Shown piece after piece: positions 1-13,215 of a DNA stretch of 64,000 bases. The DNA comes from the human T2T-CHM13v2.0 reference genome, Homo sapiens. The stretch lies in the NCBI RefSeq assembly GCF_009914755.1, contig NC_060927.1; one strand, given 5' to 3'. The notes under the pieces are model-generated. The model was not told the DNA's origin. It saw only the letters and a program-made list of their open reading frames with translations, and searched no databases. Both the position numbers and the translations under genes were made by a program. Position 1 is the stretch's first letter; every line of letters starts with the position of its first letter.

Positions 1-385
1 CCACATAACAAGCAGATAGACATACACACGCTGGCCACAAACTAGAAATAAACTTAAGACAAAAGCCCAATCCCCGTCAGGTTACATTTACTAATAGTGT
101 GATAAAATTATGCCTATTTCAAGCTTACGGAAATCTCTCCAAATCACTTTTGCTGAGATAAACTCAGAAAGGAACCTAACCTAAACATCGCTCTCATCAG
201 TCCAGGTGAGGCATAAGCTGCTGAGGGACAGGCCAAGCCTACTAATTTTCTGACTTTTCTGTTTTCCTGTCCTCTGCCTCTTTCCTTAAAAAGATATCCC
301 CTGGCACCGAGAGCCACTTGTGATAGAAAGCCTCCCTTCTGTTTCCCTAAATTTAGAACCGAGCAGTCAAATGAACTCAACAACC

Positions 386-394
386 AAAGGATAC
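386..394 (-). promoter_or_regulatory. U12-type (minor spliceosome) 5' splice site of intron 13
   Basis: Minus strand reads GTATCCTTT, the RTATCCTTT U11 consensus. The U12 branch point is outside the window. Confidence 0.92.
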
Positions 395-441
395 TGTTGG
401 ATTTCATGTCTCTATGGATGATGTTCTTTGCATGCAAATAG
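395..441 (-). CDS. RAF1: RAF1 exon 13 (catalytic loop HRDMKSN)
   Basis: YLHAKNIIHRDMKSN; cacAG| acceptor; 47 nt; followed by GTATCCTTT. Confidence 0.99.
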
Positions 442-1127
442 CTGTGAAGGGAAAAGAAATTATTAAAAATAAGTTTGAGGGGCATGAGTAGAAAGCAGTT
501 TTAAACTACAGCTAAGAAGTAAAGCCACTGAAGGCCTGGCTCCAAGGAGTGTTACACACAGGGATAGACCCTGTGCTGTTCAGCCTGGTTCACATCACTG
601 CTTACCTGAAGGTGAGGCCACAGCACAAACATGCTTACACCTTTTTTTTTTTTTTTTTGGAGACTGGAGTGCAGTCAATAGCTTACTGCAGCCTTAACCT
701 CCTGGGCTCAAGTGATCCTCCCACCTCCCAGTAGCCGGGACCACAGGCATGTGCCACCATGCCGCCTTTTTTTTTTTTTTTTTTTTTTGGGTAGATACAG
801 GGTCTTGCACTGTTGCCCAAGCTGGTCTTGACTCCTGGGCTCAAGTGATCCTCCCATGTTGGCCTCCAAAATGCTTGGATTACAGGCATGGGCCCCTGGC
901 GCCTGACCATTGCTGACACTTCTTCAAGCATCAGTTTTACTCTAAAGTAATTCTGATAACCCAATGTCCATAAATGATGAATGAATAATGTGGCATATCC
1001 ATACAATGGAATGTTACTCAGACACAGAAAGGAATGAAGTAGTGACTCATGCTACACATTAACCTTGAAAATACTATGCTAGGTCTAAGAGCCCAGGCAC
1101 ACAATACCATATCTTATGTATTATATA

Positions 1128-1466
1128 CAGCCAAGCATCACTTAACGGCAGGGATACCTTCTGAGAAATGTGTTGTTAGCCAACTTGTCATCATGCACAC
1201 ATCATAAAGTGTATTCACACAAACCAAGAAGGTACAGCCTTCTACACACCCTGGCTAAATGGTATAACGTGTTGCACTTAGGCTACAAAACTGTATGGCC
1301 CTCAGTGTACTGAATACTGTAGCTGGTTGTAACATGGTGAGTATTTGTGTCTCTAAACATAGCCAAACATAGAAAAGGCACAGTAAAAATACAGTATTAT
1401 AATCTTGTGGGACCACCTTCCTATATGTGGTCATTGACCGAAACATCATTATATGTTACCTGACTA
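1128..1466. mobile_element. Tigger3a/MER7A-like non-autonomous DNA transposon
   Basis: About 340 bp with degenerate CAGTCATG-type termini and TA flanks; internal gggatac-ttctgagaaatg and gtattataatctt-tgggaccacc strings of the Tigger3 (Golem) family. Confidence 0.75.
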
Positions 1467-1576
1467 TATTATATCTTACATGATTCCATTTATATTGAAC
1501 TATAAAGTAGGCAAAATCCATAGAAACAGAAAGTAGACTGCAAGTGGGTGGGAGGTATTGGGTAACCTCTAATGGG

Positions 1577-1996
1577 TATATTGTTTGGATATCTGTCCAC
1601 TCCAAATCTCAAGTTGAAATGTGATCCCCAGTGTTGGAGGTGGGACCTAAGTGGCAGGTGTTTGGGTCATGGGGATGGATTCCTCACAAACGGCTCGGTG
1701 GCCTCCCTGCAGTAACGAGTGAGTTCACACACTATTAGCTCACATGAAACCTGGTTATTAAAGAGTCTGGGACCTCCCTCCATGCTCTCTCTCTTGCTCC
1801 TTTCTCTCACCACATCACACGTGGCTCCCCTTGCCTTCTGCCATGAGTGAAAGCTTCCTGAGGGCCTCACCAGACACAGATGCTGGTGTCATGCTTTTTG
1901 TACAGTCTGCAGAACCCCGAGTCAAATAAACCTCTTTTCTTTATAAATTACCCACCCTTAGGTCTTCCTTTAGAGCAACCCAAACAGACTAATACA
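1577..1996 (+). mobile_element. MaLR solo LTR (MST family, MSTB-like)
   Basis: 420 bp; starts tattgtttggat, ends cagactaataca; AATAAA near 1925; 5-bp TSD ATGGG at 1572-1576 and 1997-2001. Confidence 0.85.
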
Positions 1997-3597
1997 ATGG
2001 GCATGTGTTTCTTTCCGGGATAATGAAAATGTTCTAAAATTAGATAGTGGTGGTGGCTGCACAACTCAATACCAGAAAAACACTGAGGTAGGTGTACATT
2101 TTAAAAGGGGGAATTTTATGATGTATGAATTATATCTCAATTTTTCTGAAAAGTCATTCCATTTCTTAAAATACACAGAAGGCAACTTCCATATGAATTT
2201 TAAAGACAGTGTGAGAATTTATGTAGGACTTGCAAGCACAGCTATAGCTTAGTAACTCCCAGATGTCTAGGGGTACGAGGAGCTCCTCTACTTCAGAGGA
2301 GAAGTTTGAGAAGCACTACCCTAGGCTAGCCAGGAAAGGTGGGAGGATCACTTGAGTCCAGTTTGAGACCAGCCTGGGCAACATAGTGAGACCTCCGACT
2401 CTACAAAATACACGAAAATTAGCTGGGCACGGTAGCATGTGCCTGCAGTCCCAGCAACCTATGAGACTGAGCCAAGAGGATAGCTGGAGCCCAGGAGTTC
2501 AAGGATGCAGTGAGCTATGATTGCGCCGCTGCACTCTAGCATAGGTGACAGAGTGAGAACCTGTGTCTCTAAGGAAAAAAGTGTGGTTTTTTTGGGTTTT
2601 TTTTTTTTTTTTCAGATGGAGTCTGGCTCTGTCACCCAGGCTAGAGTGCAATGGCACAATCTCCACTCACTGCAACCTCCGCCTCCCGGGTTGAAGTGAT
2701 TCTTCTGCCTCAGCCTCCCGAGTAGCTGGGATTACAAGCGCCTGCCACCACAACCAGCTAATTTTTGTATTTTTAGTAGAGATGAGATTTCACCACATTG
2801 GCCAGGCTGGTTTCGAACTCCTGGCCTCGTCATCCACCCGCCTCAGCCTCCCAAAGTGCTGGGATTATGGGCATGAGCCACCGTGCCTGGCCAGGAAAAA
2901 GTTTTTAATTAAAAAAAAAAAAATTATCCCAAAAACAACATCTGCTTAAACCCTCATGTGGGACAGCCATGCCTCAGACAGCTGAGCAGAAGGCATTGCC
3001 ACAGCTGTCCAAGCAGAAGGTACATGCACCCCACTATATTCTCAGGTTTCTGATAAAGCCAGGGTAGCAGGCAGAGCCCAAATCTGAGCCCCAAGGGGGA
3101 AGTTCAGTCCCAAGGAGGAACCTGAACTTCTCTTTTTTTTTTTTGAGACAGAGTCTCGCTCTGCAGCCCAGGCTGGAGTGCAGTAACGTGATCTTAGCTC
3201 ACCGCAACCTCTGCCTTCCATGTTCAAGCGATTCTCCTGTCCCAGCTCCTGAGTAGCTGGGATTATAGGCATGTGCCACCAGGCCTGGTTCATTCTTGTA
3301 TTTTCAGTAGAAACAGGGTTTTGCCATATTGGCAAGGCTGGTCTCAAAACTACTGGCCTCAAGTGATCCACTGGCCTTGGCCTCCCAAAGTGCTGGGATT
3401 ACAGGTGTGAGCCACCCCACCCAGCTGGAACCTGAACAACTCATTCCTGATAATTGGCCCCTCCAGCCCAGGCCAGAGGCTTGTGCAAAGATATCACAGA
3501 ATCGCTTAATGGACTAGAAGGCTTTTCCTGATCCTGGTTCCAATTTAGGGACAAATTTGATGCCTGGGTCCCAGAGAGGCATCAGACCATCTACTCA

Positions 3598-3828
<231 letters not shown>

Positions 3829-4507
3829 CTACTGTGCTTTCCCGTGGACAGTGGGTTCTGTGCTGTCGACACCACCCCCAGTCCCAACACCACCCCCAGT
3901 CCCAAAAACAAACACATGGCACGGCTGATAACCCGGGTGGCATTCTGAGCAAAGAGAAGCCCACCATTAGTTCACTGGGCCATCAGTTCAGTGCCAGCCT
4001 TGCTTACAGAGAGGACATTCTCTTTCATCAATGTACACTCCATGACCCTCCTGTGGAGGTCACAAGGACTCCTTGTAGAAGTCTCCATTATATGACTTAT
4101 TCCTACAAGTCTAAATAGTGACTGAAAGATTGGAAAGCTGACTGTTCTGAAGTCTAAAATAAGGCAACTCAGCTATAAAAAAAAGGGTTCTGGGAAATAA
4201 AGGTAAAAATAGGGCCTATTTCTGCCCACCTCAAACCAAAACCCAGAGACAGAAATTGGGCTATTGAGTTTACTGTGCCCAGAGGAGGGTATTCTCCTAA
4301 AAAGGGGCTCTTCGAAAGGCTTGACAACCACATAAACTAAAGGAAACATCCCTTTGCTCTCAAGGGAGGAGCATCCAACCACAGAAACTCCACAGTGAGT
4401 CCTAACTGCCTGCCCGTCCCAACCTGCGGCACAGTCCACTAACTCTACAGTCCTTGTACTCCCCACTCCAGCACTCCAGAGGGACTGGACCGCCAGCTTT
4501 CTACTCA

Positions 4508-4612
<105 letters not shown>

Positions 4613-5509
4613 TCAGTGCAATCAGTTGAATGATCTCAGTCTTTCAAATAACCTAGTTTTGAGGAAGATACAGTGAATCATTTATCCAAAGAATCACATA
4701 CCTACACAGATACGGCAAATTTCCAATTTTTTTTTTTTTTTTGAGACAGGGTCTCACTCTGTTGTCTAGGCTAGAGTGCAGTGGCACATTGCAGCCTTGA
4801 CCTCCAGGGCTTAAGCAATCCTCCCACCTTGGCCTCCCAAAGTGCTGGGATTATAGGTCCAATCTCTACATAATTCAAATGACTCAAAAAAGTTACATAG
4901 GTTAACTGCTATCGCTACAGTTAGGCCTTCGATAGCCTTGGTTAAACTATTCACACCAACCCTGGCAAGCCACAGAGGTGAGGTCATGTGTGACAGGTCA
5001 AAACCTTGTCCTGTGGGGATGAAATCAGTGCATACATATGAATGGCCTGGCAAATACAGAATGACTGGGGCTGGTTGCTGGTGTAAGGAAGCAGGCCATT
5101 TAGCAACTATTGAGGCTGAACTCTGAATCCACATTTCAGTGAGACCTAAGATGGTCCCTAGTAAAAATTCAGAGATATATATTGAAATTAAGCTTCTCTG
5201 CCTTCAATACCATTAAAAAGTAATTCTAATAATACTGAATCCTGGCACTGTGTATACTTTTATCTCTGTTAATCCTCACAGCTGCCCTCTGACGTAAATA
5301 ATTTATCTTCACAGACAACAAGCTGAGAAGTTTAGTCACTTGCCCAAGGTCATACAGCCAAAAAACAAAGAACGCTGCAGCCAGGATCAAAACCCCAGTC
5401 TGACTCCAATTGCTATTCTACCTATAACACTGACAACTGATTGTCAAGCACTGTAAAACCAGCCTCTTGATATAACTTTAGACACATCCAGGGATCCATT
5501 CCACTTTAG

Positions 5510-5840
<331 letters not shown>

Positions 5841-7772
5841 AAAAGCCACTTTCAAAAGTGTTTCTGGAGCCTCTCTGTTGGAGCCTTCCTCCTTCCTTTT
5901 TTTTTTTTTGAGATGGAGACTCGCTCTGTTACCTAGGCTGGAATGCAGTGGCACAATCTTGGCTCACTGCAACCTCCGCAAGCGATTCTCCTGCCTCAGC
6001 CTCCCGAGTAGCTGGGATTACAGGCATGCTCCACCATGCCCAACTAATTTTTGTATTTTTGGGTGGAGATGGGGTTTCACCATGTTGCCCAGGCTGGTCT
6101 CAAACTCCTGACCTCAAATGATCTGCCTGCCTCGGCCTCCTGGAGTGCTGGGATTACAAGCGTAAGCCACCCCACCCAGCCCTCCCCATTTCATTTTTGG
6201 GAAGAAAATTGGTAGAGAGATGGTCCTCACGATAGGCCCAAACTGTCTCCCTGTGATCTCTGGTTTTATCATCTAAAGTTTCAACGAGTCCCCATGTTTT
6301 AACAGCAGCCTCCAAAGTGGCTCTCATCCAGTTAACCTGCACATGTGTTTGCCATGGGCTGCCGGTGAAGGTGCTGTTGACTGGATGGGAGAGATCCACA
6401 CTATGTTTGGAGCTACCTTCTATCTAGAAAAATGGATCCATATGGGACACCATATGGGAAACGTGTATAACCAGCCCTGAGTAGGAGGACAACAATCATT
6501 TGCATAAGTGTCCATTCTGGTACAGTTGGAGCCAAGACAGGAGTGCTGGAACAGAAGGGGAGTTCCCCAAGATGGGGGAGTAAATCCTTTTTTTTTTTTT
6601 TTTTTTCTTTTTTAGAGATGGGGCCTCACTATGTTGCCCAGGCTGGCCTCAAACTCCTGGGCTCAAGCAATCTTCCAACCTCAGCCTTCCAAGCAGCTGG
6701 GACTACAGGTGCCTAAGTAAATCTCTTTTCAAAGAGAATACAGAAAGGTTTTCTGAAGGAAATGGGCTATAAACCAAGGGAAGGATTTTAGTAAATAGGA
6801 CAGAGAATGTTTCAGACTGGGCACATCAGAAATAAAGGTGAGGTGAGGGGGATGAGAGAAACCTGAGCTGTGTTTAGTAAACTCTAGGGTAGGATTTGGA
6901 CACCTGTAGGAGAGAAAGAGGGAGACCAGAGAGGAATCTGCTGCAATAGCTCAGGAAAGGTACAAGAAGAATGGTTGACTGTGGGGACTCAGAAAGAAGG
7001 GATGAAGGTAAGAAATCCTGTGAAGGTAAACTGACCCAATGAGGCAGTCAACTGAGTGGAAGTGCTGGGAAAATGGCCAACGCTATGACCCAGGCTCCAG
7101 GACCCAGAAAAGGGCAGAGCCTTTAACGGGAGGGGACAGGACAGGGCTAGGGGTTCAGGCATGTGGCTTGGGAGATGCTGGATGATCGCTCAGGGGGAAC
7201 TGCTTCTAAGGACCTTCCTATTTCATGGACCTCGTTTTGTAGTCCATTCCCTTTCTTATAGCTCTCCTCTGGGCATGCTCTAGTTGTCACTGAACCCACC
7301 CTTTGGTGTCACCTGTTCTGGCCCTAATCAGTAATATAACCTCAGAATTCAGAGCCAAGCCCACGCAGTGACTTACTCTGACCTTGCAGTCGGCTGAACT
7401 TCCTTGGCAGTTTCCACACACGTTATCATTAAGCCACATCTTCCCCCTCCAGTTCTACTTTTTGGAACAATGAATATGACTTATCTCTGTTAAAAGGTGA
7501 TCTTTTCTTTTTTCCATCATCCTAGCCAGTTGAACTCTTCTCGCTTTTCTAAATCCTCACTACTATGCAAATACATATCACACCTCTGATTAAGTCACTG
7601 ATGGGAAGACTGAACAGGGTCAACCAAAGACAGTGCCCATGGTACTTGCAGGGATCCATCTGCCAGCCAGCTCTCGTTAACACAGTTATGGTAACAGATT
7701 ATTTGCAATTTCTTATGAAATCCAGAAGGAATGTTCTATACTGCAGCATTCCCCTCATTTACATATAAATAA

Positions 7773-8099
<327 letters not shown>

Positions 8100-8659
8100 T
8101 GACTTCAAGTGATTCTCCCACCTCAGCCTCCTAAAGTGTTGGGGTTATAGATGTGGGCCACTGCACCCAATCAAACTATTTTCTACTAGTAGGAACTACC
8201 TGGAGTTAGAATGGGCTCTCAGACAGATAATGAGCTCTCTCATCACACTCATTTTCAAACAAAGGCTTGCCAAACCTCCTAAAGGTCTCGTACAACCCCA
8301 GATCCCATTTAACCCAAATGATAGTCTTTACAGGACCCTAAAACACCCTACCACTGGACCTCACTCCTATTAGTATACCTCTCACTCACTCTAAATGAAG
8401 CCATAAGATCTCCTTGAGTTCTCGGAGCAGGCCAGGTGAGTGGTCCACTTTGCACTTGATGTTACTGCTTCCCTAGATATCTGCACCACCCACCCTCGCC
8501 CTCCATGCAAATGCCACTTTCTTGGCAGATTCCTCCCTGACCAACCTATTAAAAACATTGAACTGGGACTGCCACTCCATATCTCCTTTCCTCCATTTTT
8601 CTCCTTAGCAATTACAGCATACTATATATTCTACTTTTCCTGTTTACTGTCTCCACTAG

Positions 8660-8851
<192 letters not shown>

Positions 8852-9699
8852 TAAGTAGAGACAGGGTCTCACTATGTTGTCCAGGCTGGTCTCGATCTCC
8901 TGGGCTAAAGTGATCCTCCCAACTCAGCCTCCCAAAGTGCTAGGGATTACAGGTGTGAACCACCACACCTGGCCTATAGAAAGAATTTTTCTTTCTTTTT
9001 TTTTTTTTTTTTGAGATAGAGTCTCGTTCTGTCGCCCAGGCTGGAGTGCTGTGGTATGATCTTGGCTCACTGCAACCTCGCCTCCTGGGTTCAAGCAATT
9101 CTCCTGCCTTAGCCTCCTAAGTAGCTGGGATTACAGGCGCATGCCATCACACCCGGCTAATTTTTTTATTTTTAGTGGAGACAGGGTTTCACCATGTCGG
9201 TCAGGCTGGTCTTGAACTCCTGACCTCAAATGATCTCCCTGCCTTGGCCTCCCAAAGTGCTGGGATTACAGGCATGAGCCACCGCACCCAGCCTTGATGC
9301 CAAATTTAATGCCCAAAAGGAGGTTGTGAGCTTTGGGCCTGACAGATGCTGCTTTAAATAAATATGTTGAGTTTTAAATCATGCACCTGAGGCTTCTGAG
9401 TTGCTTTGAGACCCTTTCTGCTTTACTTCCATAAGTGGGTGGGCTGAGTTAAAAAAATCTTCAATCAAAATCATGAAAACAGTTGTAATTTTTAAGATAC
9501 TGAACAGATATACTGTATACAGGAACCAGAATATGGCGGAAAAAAGTATTGCACAAAACAATCTAGAAGTTATGTTTCCTGGACCACTCATTTTTCTTCT
9601 TCATTCATAGACCAGAGCTTGCTTTCTGAAAGCATGGCATAAAAGTCCACTGCTCCTCACTCCTCTGACTTTTGAGACTTTCTGACTTAAAAAACCTAG

Positions 9700-9997
<298 letters not shown>

Positions 9998-11399
9998 TAA
10001 AAAACCTAGAATCTTAAAAACAAGTTATCTCCATTCTAATAGCAGTCTTTATGGAAGTAACACTGTAACAAATAATCTTTATCACAGTTTGAAAGCTCAC
10101 TCTATTGAGAGAAGACAAAGCTCAGAAGCAGTACCACGTACCAATGCCTTGAAAAATTATGAATCCCCAAATGAAAGTGCGCAACCAGAGGAAAATTAAA
10201 CTTGGGTACAACTTAAAACTTCATCCGCTGGCTTTTAGCTGGGGCTTTTAAAATGTGATATAAAAATGTTCTAATGCTAACAGAAGCAATAAATGCAATA
10301 TCCATTGCTCTGCCTCCTACAACTACTAGCAGCCTTGTTATCTCAGACACAAGTGCTCTATCCCACAAAGTGCTTGTGTTCTTTCCTAAGGAATCCTGGA
10401 GATATTTATGCCATCTAAAATATTCTGCAACTGGCTGAGCACAGTGGCTCACACCTGCAATCCCAGTACTTTGGGAGGCCGAGGCAGGCGGATCGCTTGA
10501 GCTCATGATTTCGAGACCAGTCTAGGAAACATGGCGAAACCCCATCTCTACAAAAAATACAAAAATTAGCCGGGTGTGGTGGCATGTGCCTGTAGTCCTA
10601 GCTACTTGGGAGGCTGAGGCAGGAGGATGGCTAGCTTGAGCCCAGGAGGCAGAGACTGCAGTAAGCCAAGATTGTGCCACTACTCCAGCCTGGGCAACAG
10701 AGCCAGATCTTGTCTCTAAATACATATAAATAAATATTCTACAACAGTATCATTTCTCTGGGACCCAGGAGACAGCCCAGTAGTACATACTAGATGCAAT
10801 TTTCTTTTCCTTTTTTTTTTTTTTTCTGAGACAGGGTCTTGCCCTTTCACCCAGGCTGGAGTACAGTAGTGTGTACTCACTGTATTGAGCTCACTACAAC
10901 ATTCGCCTCCTGAGCTCAAGCAATCTTCCTGCCTCAGCCTTCCAAGTAGCTGGGACTACAGGCGAGTGCCATCACATCTACCTAATTTTTGGTAGAGATG
11001 GGGTTTCACGATGTTGCCCAAGCTGTTCTTGAACTCCTAGGCTCAAGTGTTCTGCCTGCCTCAGCCTCCCAAAGTGCTGGGATGACAGGCGTGAGCCACC
11101 CTGCCCAGCCAGATGCAATTTTCAAAGGAAAAGGAATCATTCCACATGTACTTTACAAATGTTCAGTCGGGTGCCAATCCTCTTAAGGAACTAGAAATTG
11201 GTCAGATGATTAATTACAAGTGGTAAAAACCATGCATTAACGAGCACATGGTAAGGCTGGGCACAGTGGCTCATGCCTGTAATCCCAGCATTTTGAGAGA
11301 CCCAAGAGGACTGCTTGAGTCCAGGAGTTGGAGACCAGCCTGGGCAACATAGTGAGACCTTGTCTCTACAAAAGGTAAAACAAATTAGCTGGGCATTCA

Positions 11400-11564
<165 letters not shown>

Positions 11565-12490
11565 TCAAAACTGGAGGTGTTTGATATTTTCAGTACCTTG
11601 AATTTTAATACTCCATTCATTTGATGCTTTTAACTTCTCTCAATCTTTGCACATTTATCTCTAAAGATAATTCCAGTGTCATCCAAAGTAGTATAGGCAC
11701 CAAGGGACTCTGTGATTTTTGCTTTATTGTAATCTGAATTTAGAAGAGATGACTTTTTGGGAACATGCAGCATTTTCAAGGAAATACCTATTATTTCCCA
11801 AAGTCCTAAAGCCAGAGGCATTAAAAACCTAACAGAGAAATGCTAAGTATGTTGCCAAAATGTTCAGTGTTGCCAAAATACACAAGCTGTAACTACATAA
11901 GTTAAATAGTACCTTTCTTCCAAGTGACAAAGTGTTTCCATTAAAATCAGAACATTAATATTCCACATAGATTCAAGAATTAAGTCAATGCCTTCCCTGT
12001 TTGATAGGGACACCCACAGCTAATCCTAGGGCAGGACAAAGAGAAGTTACTTCAGGAGATTTCCAGCTTTCCTATGCCTAACTGCATGACCATGGGCAAA
12101 TCAGTCCCCATTTCAATCTCTAAGGTCCTTTCCAGCTTAAAGTTTCTAGAACCCATGCTCCCTCCATAGCAGCAGACTCTTGCTCACTTAAGGAGCTTCC
12201 AAGCATGACCCATGTGCAGACTGTATTTAATCAGTTTAAAGGAGAAGTACTCCTGACATTTGATTATAGGGCTCAAGTCTTATTCACTAATTTCTAATTA
12301 TCCTGGGAGCTTTATAAGAACTTAGTCTAAAAAGAATTAAGTTCAATCTTCAGGTATAATCAAGTATGTAAGGGAGAGTACTGCTATAAGCCCAGGAGCA
12401 CTCAGTCCTCTCCTCCTCCTGGCCCCCTGGGCTGAAACTTGACTTCACACCAAAGCCCTGCAGTTAGTAAAGGGAGGGCCCCAAGCTTAC

Positions 12491-12608
12491 CGTGCCATTT
12501 ACCCTTATAAACAGTTCCAAAAGAGCCTGACCCAATCCGAGTGGACAGCATCACTTCACTGGCTTCTATTTCCCAATAATAGCTTGAATCTCTCTGTCCA
12601 CGAGGCCT
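12491..12608 (-). CDS. RAF1: RAF1 exon 10 (S338/S339/Y340/Y341 N-region; GSGSFG P-loop)
   Basis: [39 protein letters not shown]; ttcAG| acceptor, |GTAAGC donor; 118 nt. Confidence 0.99.
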
Positions 12609-12888
12609 CTGAAACAAGTAGAGATCATTATTATACTCCATGCAATGGTAATAATCTTTTGATAATGAGGGCATCAAAGGATCAACCCATGTCATCTGTT
12701 TCCATATCTTTTAAAGATAAACATATTAACCATACTTCCAATTTTTGTCTTTTGAGAAATACCATTTTAGTTATAGCACTGGCAAACTGTCTGATGCAAG
12801 TGTGCCAAAAATGACAGTAACATTTATAATCTCCTTCATTGAATGTATTTTATTAGAATCTTCTCCCAAAATAAGTTTAAGTATTCTA

Positions 12889-13080
<192 letters not shown>

Positions 13081-13187
13081 TTAATAGACAAGACAAACAG
13101 AAGCCACACAAGGATAAGCCAACAGAAGATACACCGCATAAAGAAAAAAAGCCCATTATTGTTGGCTAAATGACTATGGAAAAGTAC

Positions 13188-13215
13188 CTGATTCGCTGTG
13201 ACTTCGAATTGCATC
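13188..13215 (-). CDS. RAF1: RAF1 exon 8 (28-nt mini exon)
   Basis: DAIRSHSES; tttcAG| acceptor, weak |GTACTT donor. Confidence 0.98.

Larger units (their letters stand above)
955..2143 (+). mobile_element. Old L1M (L1MB/MC-like) 3' end, interrupted by two younger elements
   Basis: Typical L1M 3'UTR strings: aatgtggcatatccatacaatggaat, aaccttgaaaatactatgcta, gataatgaaaatgttctaaaattagatagtgg, gaattatatctcaat. Confidence 0.75.

Noticed and set aside
606-618. 13-mer CTGAAGGTGAGGC identical to the exon 9 boundary (13068-13080)
   Set aside because: A 13-mer match is expected by chance among all pairs in 64 kb, and homology does not extend
12402-12695. ORFs 12402-12695, 144-485 and 31296-31523 as stand-alone genes
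   Set aside because: They are RAF1 exons 10, 13 and 2 read through into flanking introns
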